The notes under the pieces: generated by a model
Database searches by the model: none
Told to the model about the DNA's origin: nothing
The model's input: the letters and a program-made list of their open reading frames with translations, nothing else
In this document: positions 30,885 to 41,895 of the stretch, in pieces
How the letters are laid out: each line of letters starts with the position of its first letter
How positions within the stretch are numbered: the stretch's first letter is position 1
Program-made: the position numbers and the translations under genes
Source: Williopsis jadinii
Lineage: Eukaryota
Direction: 5' to 3'
Length of the DNA: 64,000 nucleotides
Assembly: GCA_024346625.1 (NCBI GenBank)
Contig: AP024666.1
Coordinates: forward strand, 682,001-746,000

Positions 30885-30916
30885 CTCATCGCTCACATCG
30901 AAAGTGGAAATTTTCA
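30885..30916. promoter_or_regulatory. PAC and RRPE-like motifs upstream of TYW3
   Basis: CTCATCGC at 30885-30892 and AAATTTTCA ending 30916. Confidence 0.6.
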
Positions 30917-31072
30917 GTTGTCGGAATTCGTTGATTACGTAATATCGGAATTATTGTGCCCAGGGGAGGTCGTGGACTGTAATTTTTTGGTCCTTTATCT
31001 CTCTTTCTGTCTCCCATTTCTTTGGGCTCTCTGTCTCTCGACCGAGCTATTAATACAGGAAAGGATCTAAAG

Positions 31073-32122
31073 ATGGCATCGTTTGATCAACCTGTGCTGT
31101 TAAGCGAGCCCGATGATGATCCTGAAAGAGCAACAGTTCTGCTTATGGGGCTTCGAAGGTTAGTACGCCTTTACATAGAGACCATTGTGATCATAGGAAC
31201 AGATTATACTAACATGGAGGAATCGTAAAGAGGTGGTAAATCATCCATTTGTAAAGTTGTGTTCCATAATATGCAGCCTCTGGATACTTTATATCTTGAG
31301 TCTACGTCTAAGCCAACAACGGAGCATTATTCCTCACTTATCGACTTGGCCGTTATGGAACTTCCAGGACAGCTCAACTATTTCGAGCCCTCCTATGATA
31401 GTGAGAAGCTGTTCAAATCAGTTGGTGCACTTGTTTACGTCATTGATGCTCAAGACGAGTACCTCAATGCACTGACAAATCTTGCCATGATTATCGAATA
31501 TGCATACAAGGTCAATCCAGACATTCATATCGAGGTGCTAATACATAAAGTGGATGGCCTGAGTGAAGATTTTAGATTGGATACACAGAGAGATATAATG
31601 CAACGAATTGGTGATGAGCTATTAGACTTGGGGATTGAAGGTGTACAGGTGAGTTTCCACTTAACGAGTATCTTCGATCACAGTATTTATGAAGCGTTCT
31701 CAAGGGTCATTCAAAAATTAGTGCACGAACTACCAAGTTTGGAAAACTTATTGGATAACTTGGTGCAGCACTCAAGAATTGAAAAGGCATTCTTGTTTGA
31801 TGTCAATTCGAAGATCTACGTTGCAACAGACTCTTCTCCTGTGGATATTCAAACTTATGAAGTTTGTGCAGAGTTTATAGACGTGACCGTGGATTTGAAC
31901 GATTTGTACGAGAACGACACATCAAACCTCAAATGTTCAAGTGTTTTGCAAAATGGTTACATTTTGACTTTCCATAAAATGATTAGAGGACTGGCTTTGG
32001 TAACTTTGATTAAGGATGCAGATGTTGACAGTGCTATGGCCATTGTTGACTATAACATTGAAGTATTCAACGATGCCTTGAAAGAAATCTGGAAGAAGTC
32101 CATTGTGCATCCAATCAAATAA
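31073..32122 (+). CDS. GTR2: Rag C/D GTPase Gtr2; exons 31073-31158 and 31231-32122
   Basis: Spliced VLLMGLR/RGGKSSICKVVFHNMQPLDTLYLEST; ELPGQ, IHKVDGLSED, LTSIFDHSIYEAFS. Confidence 0.95.
31159..31230 (+). other. spliceosomal intron of GTR2
   Basis: GTTAGT donor, TACTAAC at 31207-31213, AAG acceptor ending 31230; splicing restores the P-loop. Confidence 0.88.
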
Positions 32123-32235
32123 TACTTAATAACTTATACTATAACACACCTGTATGACTATAATTAATATCAATTAACTTCAGACATTGAGATTACATTA
32201 TATTCATGCGACCGGCCTTAGAAAGCAAGAATTGT

Positions 32236-33813
32236 TCAGGTTTTTTCATTCTGGTGAATGGAGTGCTTCTCAGTCCAGGATACTCTGTCCGTATGCTTCA
32301 GCTCCTCTGTATATTCAATGGCTTGCTCTTCATCAACATCATTGCATGACTTGCGCTGCAACTGCTCCTGTCCCTCGCCTTGGATACTGAAATCCTTATG
32401 GAACTTCTCCGGACCACTGACAATGCAAATAACCAAACAAACGTTAACACCAACCATGAACAAAGCCATACTACGAGCGTAGTCGTAAACTTCAGGGCCA
32501 ATATCTGATAGAGGGAAAGCTTCGCTGATTTCTGCCTCAATGGTGGAGGAAGCAGATGAAGCCAAATTACCCAACTGGTACGCCAAACCACCGAATAACG
32601 CTCTAAAAGCATTTGGAGAAAGTTCCATAATGTAAACCGACGTAACACCCCAGCAACCCATAACAAAGAGTTGCATGAAGAATCCACCACAGATCAGGCC
32701 TGCCATATCTGTGGTGTAGAAAGCTGGATAAATCAATGCAGAACTGCAGATCGTACAGACGAAGACGGCAAGTCTTCTACCCGTATATTCAGAGATTGTG
32801 CCAACACATAAACCACCAAAGATCGCACCAATATTGATGACTACCATAATGATAGTACGGTCATTCGCTTCAAATCCCAATTGGTTCTGCAACATCGTCG
32901 GCATCAAATCTTGAGAAGCATGAGATGAAAAGTTCATCAAAGACATGTATATCACCAAATAAACAAACATTAGCCAATGATGTCTCATGGCACTCTTCAG
33001 ATCTGCAAAGAACTGTGTCCATGGTGAGGAGGCCTGGTGATGTTTACCTTCGGAAAGTGCCTTTTCACGTTGTACACGTTTCAGTTCTGTAAAATGAGGA
33101 TGCTCTGGGAAGAACATTCTCCAAACGAACAAGATCGCCGGTGGGGCAGCAGAGAACCAGAACAAAGCTCTCCAACCGTGCTCTGTGAACTCAAAGGCAC
33201 GGTAGAATGCAACAGCAAGTATATAACCCAAGTTATAACCCGGTAGGAAAATACCACCCAGCACAGAACGTGAGCCCACTGGTTGTGATTCCAAAGCCGT
33301 AGCGGACGCTGTGGTGTAACAACCTCCCATACATATACCGAACATGGCTCTGACAACCAAGAATTGAGTATAATTTTGAACAAACCCAGTGCCAACTTCA
33401 ATGATACAGAAAAGACACATCACCGCCAAATAAGTTGGCTTTCTACCATATGTATCAGAAAGAGAGCCGAAGATAACTGCACCAAGGGAACCTATTTCAA
33501 AAATGTCAGTAAGCTGTCCGTCTATGTGAGCAAAGTACTCACGAGTCATTAGCACCAGCGTAATACCCCATGTGATGTCAGTGACTGATCTATCTAATGC
33601 CTGGGCCAATGCTGGGGCACAGGCTGAGACACAGAAGAAGTCGAAAGCATCGATTGTCCAAGCAGCATAACCCATGAGGAAATAGTTCCAGTCATTTCTC
33701 GATAGAGCAGATAGAGCTGGAACTGGGTTCAACGCTTGAAATGACGTCCCTGGTATACAAAACAGAGTAGGCACGCGCGATAGAATGTATCTCTTAACAT
33801 CAGACATTGCCAT
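32236..33813 (-). CDS. JEN1: Jen-family carboxylate/H+ symporter (MFS); exons 33813-33543 and 33491-32236
   Basis: AWTIDAFDFF, ITWGITLVLM, DTYGRK, signature NFSSHASQDLMPT, GLAYQLGNLASSASSTIE. Jen1 vs Jen2 subclade not resolved. Confidence 0.85.
   Translation of the reverse strand: MAMSDVKRYILSRVPTLFCIPGTSFQALNPVPALSALSRNDWNYFLMGYAAWTIDAFDFFCVSACAPALAQALDRSVTDITWGITLVLMTREYFAHIDGQLTDIFEIGSLGAVIFGSLSDTYGRKPTYLAVMCLFCIIEVGTGFVQNYTQFLVVRAMFGICMGGCYTTASATALESQPVGSRSVLGGIFLPGYNLGYILAVAFYRAFEFTEHGWRALFWFSAAPPAILFVWRMFFPEHPHFTELKRVQREKALSEGKHHQASSPWTQFFADLKSAMRHHWLMFVYLVIYMSLMNFSSHASQDLMPTMLQNQLGFEANDRTIIMVVINIGAIFGGLCVGTISEYTGRRLAVFVCTICSSALIYPAFYTTDMAGLICGGFFMQLFVMGCWGVTSVYIMELSPNAFRALFGGLAYQLGNLASSASSTIEAEISEAFPLSDIGPEVYDYARSMALFMVGVNVCLVICIVSGPEKFHKDFSIQGEGQEQLQRKSCNDVDEEQAIEYTEELKHTDRVSWTEKHSIHQNEKT
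33492..33542 (-). other. 51-nt in-frame stop-free intron in JEN1
   Basis: GTGAGT...TACTGAC...TAG; removal gives LVLMTRSLGAVIFG, matching the Jen helix-2 pattern. Confidence 0.85.
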
Positions 33814-34066
33814 TGTGTTGTCCTTGTATAATTATAAGGAATATATTGATACGGTTCATCTGTTTAGAAAGGCATACAAACCTCTCTATATACTTCGAAC
33901 TGATGAGCTGTCGAAAGGGGTCCATGACTCGATGACTTCTTGAATGATGAGTGAATTTTCTCGTATAAAAGTCTTAGCCTGGAATACAAAGTAATCATTA
34001 CTTAGTGTCTGTATAAGAAGAAGCGTTTCTTGGACCTTGTTGTTGCCATGAATAAGCGTGTTTTTA

Positions 34067-34214
34067 CCCCAGATTTCAAACTCAGGAACGAAACGGCACT
34101 CTCCATCTGGAAAGCGGAGCCTAATTTGCCAACATTTTTTGTCTTTGTCTATTCATATAAGCGGGGCTGCCTTTAGGATATGCTGGCATTCCACAAGATG
34201 AATGAAACCCCCAC
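34067..34214. promoter_or_regulatory. cluster of Mig1/CreA-type sites upstream of JEN1
   Basis: CCCCAG 34067-34072, GCGGGG 34161-34166 and CCCCAC 34209-34214, each with AT-rich flank; fits known glucose repression of JEN transporters. Confidence 0.55.
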
Positions 34215-35573
34215 AATCTCTTCAACCTGTTTGCAAGGCATAGTTTGTATTTTTACAGGTGACTTTGCTTCACTTCGCAAAAGTCGTAGTTTCTCCTGCA
34301 ATTTTGTTACTGGTTCGCCGTTAGAGTTTTAACGTGTGCATGAGACGCTGCAACTTTGAGTTTCCAATGCCGAATGGGGAAACAAATAGTACAAAACATA
34401 CATTATGAGTATCAGGTATTAATGATAAACAAATGGGCGTATTGGCAAAATTACTGGTGAGTATATGAAGCTTTTACATTACTGGATGTTACCATAAATA
34501 TCACTTTGCACTGTGAAACAAACCACCAAGATTTTCGTGCGTCAAATGAAGTCATATAAACCCATACACATGCTGTAAAAAAGGACCCCATGCCAATGCG
34601 GAAGTTCACAGTTGTGTCTCACCAGAAGTTCTCCATCTCAAACCTTTACAAATACGTCGTTTTAACTCTTAGTAAAGGTACATGTCCAGTGTAGCACATA
34701 TATGATGAGCTATTTGGGAAAGGGCGTCTGATATTCAAGTCTTACACTTACCCTCTGTGTTGTTGAGCAGCCACATTACTCAGTCCGATACGCATTAACT
34801 TCATTAAACAACAGGAGAATTCGTTGAGTAAAGTACAAGCGCTTTGAACAGAACAGAGTGTCACAGTGGTCATTATTATCCTCTGTGCTTGAATTCTAAG
34901 TGGGAAATAAGAAAACATACTGTACAGAAATTTGTTGGGGTTATCCGTATATACAATAAGCTTGGAACTACCGACATCTACTGAATATTGGCAACCACCA
35001 TTCCTCCGTCAAATAACGAGGGGTGGTTTCTTATGATCAATATCATTTGCAATTCGGCTATAGCGTGTTCAAAAACTCCATCATAGAGGTTTCAGAAACC
35101 ATGTCTGGATTGAAATATGAAAAGTTCTTAGTGTTGCCAGAAAGGAATTGTACAACTCAAACTTCATCCTCCAGGCACAGTTTTTTGGAATTGGCCAAGA
35201 TCCCAATTATCTCTCCCTGCTTTATAACCTATCGATTATCATCATCACGTGAATGATAATTTGATACATTTACCTTGTATCAACAGCTATAAACTCCGCT
35301 TTAATAGTTGTTTATCTTTGGTCTTTCGTAGAAATACGTTCAAAGGGTTAATATCTAACCGTGTAATGCTACTTCCATGGCCTTTATACTAAAACTGCTT
35401 GGATCGTCTAGATCCAATTGACACTAACAATATGAGTAGATGATGAGTTGAGTCGCTATATCGAAATGACAAGAGATTTTTTCATGTGTATATGATATGT
35501 TAGCTAAATAAGAAGTTGGGTCGTAAAAGGATAATAAAAGAGTGGTAGTGAAATACAGGAGTGGATGAGATGG

Positions 35574-36599
35574 TCAGTGTGTTCTCTCGAGATCTTCAAT
35601 CTTTAACTCAGCTGCAATTAGTCTAGCCTCCAATGTGGAAACACGCATTTCCAGTGTCTTTACATAATTCATTATGGCGTTACTATGTGTTTGTGCCGGT
35701 AGTTGTTGGACCTGTTGAGGCATCAGTAGAGACGAGATGTTATTGTTGATCCCTTGATATACAGTTGAAGAGGTATGTGTAACATCGGAGCGTTGGAACA
35801 TATCATGTTGTTGTTGTTGCTGTTGCTGCTGTTGTTGCTGTTGCTGTTGATGTTGTTCTTGCTGTTGCTGCTGCTGCTGTTGTTGATTCTGTTGTTGGGG
35901 TGCTAGTGGTAACTGCTGTTGGAGTGGGAGTGATGGTTGTTGGTGCTGTTGACGTTTGTTTGAGGACAATGACGATGACAATGCGTCTAAAGCGATTGAT
36001 CTCTCGCGTAGTAATGGAGTAGTTATCCTATGTATCGAAGGCAGTTGTTCTCTAACTTTGAACTGGGCTTCATATCTCCGTTTATCAACGTCATGTTCTT
36101 CATCTGTCAAAGAACAACCGCTCATTGAGTTCGTATGTCGAACAAGGGCATCTGCCCTGGCAAAGCGACGTCCACATGTCTTACAAGCGTAGGGCTTTTC
36201 ACCTGTATGTAACTTCTCATGACGCTTCAAATCGTGTAATCTGCGGAATTTAGATGAGCATATGTGACACTGAAATGGCTTTTCGTGAGTATGTGTCAAT
36301 AGATGGGACTTCAAGTTGTGCTTTCTTGTAAAGACATGCGAACAATGCTCGCATTGGTATTTACGCTCTGTTCCGTCATCGTTCAGATCAGACGGTGAAG
36401 GTGAAGGTGCACGACCATTTACTGACTCTTGCAGGTGCTGTTGATTTTCTTGTGAACGATACTGAGTCTGTCCAAGTGGTGGCTTATCCTGTGTACTCTG
36501 TTGTTTTCGTTGAGCTTGCTGCCCTGTCTCTTCTCCTTCGCTGTGTAATCTATCAACCAGGTTTTGTGGTTGGTGTCTCGAATCTGAAACCTCCGTCAT
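35574..36599 (-). CDS. three-finger C2H2 transcription factor, Crz1-related fingers, poly-Gln and C-terminal coiled coil
   Basis: FTRKHNLKSHLLTH, FRRLHDLKRHEKLH, TGEKPY linker, FARADALVRH. Confidence 0.85.
   Translation of the reverse strand: MTEVSDSRHQPQNLVDRLHSEGEETGQQAQRKQQSTQDKPPLGQTQYRSQENQQHLQESVNGRAPSPSPSDLNDDGTERKYQCEHCSHVFTRKHNLKSHLLTHTHEKPFQCHICSSKFRRLHDLKRHEKLHTGEKPYACKTCGRRFARADALVRHTNSMSGCSLTDEEHDVDKRRYEAQFKVREQLPSIHRITTPLLRERSIALDALSSSLSSNKRQQHQQPSLPLQQQLPLAPQQQNQQQQQQQQQEQHQQQQQQQQQQQQQQHDMFQRSDVTHTSSTVYQGINNNISSLLMPQQVQQLPAQTHSNAIMNYVKTLEMRVSTLEARLIAAELKIEDLERTH
35805..35897 (-). repeat. CAA/CAG poly-Gln tract
   Basis: Continuous tgt/tgc triplets on + strand. Confidence 0.85.
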
Positions 36600-36996
36600 C
36601 TTCCGTTGATTTGGCAGGTGTTAAATGGCGCTACCAATCTTGCCTTGCTTAGTTTTTAGCCAACAAGATGTCCTTTGTACTGGAGCTACAGTGCGATACA
36701 GACACTTCAAGAGCTCGAGATCCAACGTCGATATTGTAACGAAGTTTAGGTTGTGTGTATATGTGTGGTTTTGATTCTAACGTTTTTCCCTCCTTCGTGG
36801 CTCCCTCCAAAGAGTGGCTTTCTTCTGTGGCTTTTGCATACTTTCTACCCTTGTTTGTTGTGGCTTGTAAAGCTGTTTTAGGTGATGCTGCTTCTACCGG
36901 AAATGTTTTTTAGCGCTCTACCCATTTATCCAACACTCAACAACTGTACATGTTTGTTAGCGGAGTCTTTTGCTCTAAGATAAACACTGGGTACCA

Positions 36997-37626
36997 ATGG
37001 CTATTCTCAAACGTCTTTCCATCACTTCTGGTCTTCTGGTCTGCGGTGGGTATTTTTACTTACACCGTCAATTGGAACAGCAGTACCCAAATATCAGGTC
37101 TTATGAGCTTCCTGAACAGAGCCGTATTGCGCCATTGTTGAAGAAGTCATTGCCTGCGCCTGGTGAACCCTACTTTGCATACTGTGACACTTTCAAGCAA
37201 ACAGTCGTTACAAAGTTGACGAAGGAGCAATTAACTGAGCATATCTTGGAGACGCCTGCGTTGAAACAATTGGATTCGCAAGGCTCGTCGTTAGGAACGT
37301 TCACTGGAGAAGTGTTGCCATCGAAGGTCAATAGAAACTCCGAATCAACCTTGTTGAAGTGGAGATGGAGCAATGAGTCCATTGTAGGGTTCTTTGAAAC
37401 ATTAGCACAGTATGGATATCCCTGGAGAATGATGAACGGAGGTGTCCATGAAATACTGGTTATTTCTACAGGCTCAGATGGAGACTCTAACGTCTATGAC
37501 GTCTATTTCGCAAGTGCACACGAATACAAGTACTTGAGGGATGGTAAGTTCATCCCAAGATGGACCCAAACATTGCACAGGGACTATGGTAGGGTTATAC
37601 TCAACCTCTCCACTAAGAATGTTTAA
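36997..37626 (+). CDS. hypothetical protein, 209 aa, N-terminal hydrophobic segment
   Basis: ATG-initiated ORF with protein-like composition; MAILKRLSITSGLLVCGGYFYL start. Confidence 0.7.
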   Translation: MAILKRLSITSGLLVCGGYFYLHRQLEQQYPNIRSYELPEQSRIAPLLKKSLPAPGEPYFAYCDTFKQTVVTKLTKEQLTEHILETPALKQLDSQGSSLGTFTGEVLPSKVNRNSESTLLKWRWSNESIVGFFETLAQYGYPWRMMNGGVHEILVISTGSDGDSNVYDVYFASAHEYKYLRDGKFIPRWTQTLHRDYGRVILNLSTKNV

Positions 37627-38917
37627 TACTCCTCTATCCTCATATTCATAAATGTCCATAGCTTGTAAATACAGACCGTAATGTCCTTTGTATGCGGAGC
37701 CAGTAGAAAACGCAAGGTAGGGGGAATAGTGGCTCCAGTACACACATCATGCTTACCTAATATATTATTAATGTGAATTAACTTCTATCTTGCTAATCAA
37801 AGGAATGAAAAAGAGGCAAAAACCTCGAACCTTCAATAAACAACTAAATTGCCAGGGCAACAATCAAAAAGCTAAACGTGGGTCGCTAACGTCACAGGAA
37901 AAAAGAGGAGATGGAGGCGGCACCACCCAGCTCGGGGGGACACAGCAAGCAAATTTTTCCTTTCGGCTTGTCTCCCATCAGCCAGCAAAAACGAGAAACG
38001 AATTATTTACCTACGCTTTCGCAGCCCCATGTGCGCAACTAATCTCACACACTGTGCAGATGGCGGCACCTTGGTTTGTGTCAACGGCTTTGGACTGGGT
38101 ATAGCTGGCTCCGCTGTCGTTGTCGTTCATCCCCAGTATGGGTCATCTGTTCTCAACAATTAAAACAAACCAAACGCCATGAGAATTGTACACTCTGCTA
38201 TGATTATCCTAATGCTCGTTCTAGTGAATATGCGATTTTCGTAGTTTGTCCGCTTAAAATTGCCAATTGACGTGCCGTCTGTTCTTCCAGCGCGCCTTCT
38301 AACGGGAGCGTAGCAAACAACCATCCCTCGAGTCCATTCACCTGAATCGCAGGCCCAGCCAATAAAAACACACAGTCGCATCCCCCTCCCCCTCCAACAG
38401 CACAGGAGGTCCGGGCTAGCCAAGTTTGTCTGTGTGGTGTTTATTATTTTAGAAGGGCGGCCGTTAGTAATTTAGCTGCGGGGCCTGCAAATTGAACAGA
38501 CAGACAGGCAGCCAGGCAGGCAGACAGTAGCGGGAGGAATAAACTGGAGGGGCGAGATATGTCAGTGTGGCCCGCCATCGCAAAAAAAGACAGCGTATGA
38601 AATTTATGGCATGTTAAGGGAAAGGAGAATTAGGCTGGTTTCCCACACAACAAATTGGAGACGGATCAGCGTTCATATAGCAAGTTCAAAAGAGCGAAAT
38701 CAAGAGGTGTTCATTTCGTATTTTCATAGTATCTGTAACCCCTTTGCATTTGTCTATTCATCTGGTTTTCTTCTGTGTATTCTTTCAACTGAGCAGAAGG
38801 ACATAAGGTGAGATATCGCTAGGCTGGATTTATTACCTGGAGGGCACAGAAAACCGCCACCCCCTCCCCCTAAAGCGAACACGAACTGGAACCATTTTGA
38901 AAGGGGACAACGAAGCA

Positions 38918-40861
38918 ATGGATATGTCTGTGATACGGTCGAGAAAGAGACCTCGTCCAAGCACGAGCTTTAGTGACTGGAACTCTATCATCCAGAATAA
39001 CTTTAGCGAGGATAACCCTCTTACAAGTGGTGCGAAAGATAGCAGTGTGGCTGTTGACGATTCTGACGGAGATGGTAATTATGACTTCAAAGATGCACAG
39101 CAGGGGAACATAACGGATGAGAAGGACGACAACGTCTTGTTTTACGGAGACGCTCCGTTTGCTGTGGACTGTGACTTGGAAGACGACGATGTGAACCCGT
39201 TCGACGTTGAGATTGACGATCTTGGCGATGATGATGGCGATGAAGTTGTTGATGAGGATTTGAGTGGCGATGACACAATGTATTACGGCTCTCGCACAGG
39301 TCTGAGCTTACCAGGCAGATATAGGGATGATGAGAGCGTTCGTCTTAAGTTCCGTCCTGATGCATTCCAATCAAGTATAAACCAGGCGTTCAACCTGGAC
39401 CAAGAACTAATCCCACCCGGTGCGCATGTCGGTGTCAAGAAAAGAAGAACAAACTCCTTACCACAGTTGCCTCTGTCGCAGATCTCGTATAGACGTGTTT
39501 CTGAACTATCCAAGATTGGTGACATCAAACCATGCTTTGTACCATCAGCGTCTTCATCTAAGAACCAATGGACGGGCTCATCGCCTATATCATCCACTTC
39601 ATCAGGATTCAATAACATGAACGGTGCAGCAGCAACGTTGTCATGTTCTCCATTGTCACCAGTATCTTCAACGAAAAGAAGAGAATCATGCACTGACGAC
39701 AATGGGTATTACATTGCGGAAATTGGTGACTATTTTGCGAACGGACGCTTCAAGATCTTGTCAATATTAGGACAGGGGACTTTTGGGAAAGTCATCAAAG
39801 CCTTAGATTGCCAGACCAATGAAACAGTGGCCATAAAGATAGTGAGAGCAATACCCAAATATCGTGAGGCTTCAAAGATTGAACTTCGTGTTTTGACCAC
39901 GTTGAAAAAGGCTGATCCTGAGAACTTGAATCACTGTATTCACCTTCGTGAAGTTCTTGACTATGAAAACCACATCTGCATCATTACAGATTTACTTGAT
40001 ATCTCCTTATACGAATTTCTCCAGTCGAACAAGTTCAAACCGTTCCCAGGTTCACAGATTCAGGCAATCACTAGACAGTTGGTAAGATCTGTTGCCTTTC
40101 TTCATGACTTGAAATTGATCCATACCGATCTCAAACCAGAGAATATCCTTCTAGCGTCTGCCGATGCGCTGAAACACCGCAGACTTCTAGTGCTGAAAGA
40201 CCCAGTGATCAACATTATTGATTTTGGCTCCGCGGTATTTGACGATGAATATCATTCAGAATTGGTTTCTACTCGTCACTATCGTGCACCTGAGATTGTC
40301 CTTGGAATAGGCTGGTCCTTCCCATGTGATATGTGGAGTTTGGGATGTATTCTCGTTGAGCTCGTCACTGGTGAAGCGCTTTTCAACACACATGAGAATT
40401 TGGAACATCTGGCAATGATGCAAAAGATCTTGGATCAGAAGATTCCATCTCATATGGTTCGTCGTGTTGAAAAGCAATCTGTTAAAGATTTCTTCCTCAA
40501 ATCGGGTTCAACTTACCTACTCCATTATCCAAATGCCAAAACCGAGCAGAAGAGCATCGATGCAGTTAGTAAGGTGAAAAGACTGGACCATTGGATCTGT
40601 TCAAAGCTGAAATTGAAAGTTAAGATCAACATGCATGAGTCCCTTGAATCCAATTGGAAAACTAACGTTTCCAAGATGGCTGATTTGGACTATGAAGCAT
40701 TCCAATTTTGGTTTTACTTTATCGATTTGGTTAGACAGTTGTTGAGGTACGACCCAAGCAAACGTATAACTGCGATCCAAGCGATGGAACATCCATGGTG
40801 GGATTTTGGTATCATTGATGAGGCAACACGCTCAATGAACCAAGAGAACCATTTGGCATAG
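38918..40861 (+). CDS. KNS1: LAMMER/CLK-family protein kinase
   Basis: LGQGTFGKV, HTDLKPENILL, VSTRHYRAPE, EHLAMMQ. First ATG at 38918. Confidence 0.93.
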   Translation: MDMSVIRSRKRPRPSTSFSDWNSIIQNNFSEDNPLTSGAKDSSVAVDDSDGDGNYDFKDAQQGNITDEKDDNVLFYGDAPFAVDCDLEDDDVNPFDVEIDDLGDDDGDEVVDEDLSGDDTMYYGSRTGLSLPGRYRDDESVRLKFRPDAFQSSINQAFNLDQELIPPGAHVGVKKRRTNSLPQLPLSQISYRRVSELSKIGDIKPCFVPSASSSKNQWTGSSPISSTSSGFNNMNGAAATLSCSPLSPVSSTKRRESCTDDNGYYIAEIGDYFANGRFKILSILGQGTFGKVIKALDCQTNETVAIKIVRAIPKYREASKIELRVLTTLKKADPENLNHCIHLREVLDYENHICIITDLLDISLYEFLQSNKFKPFPGSQIQAITRQLVRSVAFLHDLKLIHTDLKPENILLASADALKHRRLLVLKDPVINIIDFGSAVFDDEYHSELVSTRHYRAPEIVLGIGWSFPCDMWSLGCILVELVTGEALFNTHENLEHLAMMQKILDQKIPSHMVRRVEKQSVKDFFLKSGSTYLLHYPNAKTEQKSIDAVSKVKRLDHWICSKLKLKVKINMHESLESNWKTNVSKMADLDYEAFQFWFYFIDLVRQLLRYDPSKRITAIQAMEHPWWDFGIIDEATRSMNQENHLA

Positions 40862-41488
40862 AGGTCTTTTTTGCAATGAGAAAAAGCTGTTGTGAGAAAC
40901 ATGCTTCTTCTTGTGTCTGTTTGATGATAATGAGTGGGTTGCTTTTGGAGTTATAGTCGGTATTCATGTGGTTTTATCTGCTGGTAATTGGAATGTCATC
41001 CTTTTCTGTCGTAGACAGGGATGTCACTGATTCGTTCATTTCTTTTAATCTTTTATTTGTTTGTGTGTGTCGTGTTTTCGTTATTCTCTTGATTCACATC
41101 GTCCTTTCCTACGGTCGGATTCATTGCGAATACTTTGTGTTTTGTTTCTCTCCGTGATAGCTGAGGAGATCCTCTATATTATATGGCCATGATATTTGAT
41201 GTTAAACGATTGTGCTGATGCGTAATCAACCGTCGACTAGTGCTTCCATCTTAAATAATGCCGACATTTATGTTCTTATTTCATATGATTCCCCAAACGT
41301 TGCACCGAGATGAGATGAGCTGAAGGTTTGGAACTTTTTGCGTCGGGATTTGATGGACGCTTACGTGTTTCGCGAGCGGAACTTTCTAGGGCTACTTTTT
41401 TAGAATAGACATTTTCATCCTTGAAAAGTGTTACGATGTCCTGTAGTTCATATATTTGACTTGTAAAGACGTGAGAGAAGTATAAACC

Positions 41489-41895
41489 ATGTCAGGTGCA
41501 CCAGGTACGTTCTCTATAAAGGCTCTGTTTTGCGCTCTCGTTACTATGCCACCTATCCTACTGTTCTCAACTGTGAAGCTCATACTAATACTGTGATAGG
41601 AAACTCATTTGCAAGTTTCAATCCTACACCACCAGAGCGTGGTTCCTTCCCGTTGGACCATGACCATGAGTGCTCCTCAATAATGACCGAATATCTCGAA
41701 TGTATGAAACTCGTGCGTGGGAATAATGCTCTCAACTGCAGACTTCTGGCAAAGAAGTACCTTGGATGCCGTATGGATAACCAGCTCATGGAGAAAGATG
41801 AATGGAAGAACCTTGGACTGCCAAATGACGATCAGCCCAGAGAAGCTGCAACATCTACGGAAACTCAACCCGCCTCATCAACGGATAGTTCCTAA
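41489..41895 (+). CDS. COX19: cytochrome c oxidase assembly twin-CX9C protein; exons 41489-41504 and 41600-41895
   Basis: Spliced [30 protein letters not shown]9-C...C-x9-CRMD; next to KNS1 as in S. cerevisiae (recalled). Confidence 0.93.
41505..41599 (+). other. spliceosomal intron of COX19
   Basis: GTACGT, TACTAAT at 41583-41589, TAG ending 41599. Confidence 0.88.

Noticed and set aside
33870..33921. Hammerhead-like core CTGATGA-GCTGTC-GAAA with a plausible stem III (ACCTCT / AGGGGT)
   Set aside because: Stem I cannot form and stem II is a single pair; the segment overlaps the likely JEN1 TATA box.
34702..34731. ATGATGA...CTGA box C/D pair
   Set aside because: About 30 nt, too short for a snoRNA, with no recognisable rRNA guide.
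38611..38811. 66-aa ORF upstream of KNS1 as a possible first exon
   Set aside because: GTGAGA donor-like site has no downstream branch point or acceptor; peptide is unrecognisable.
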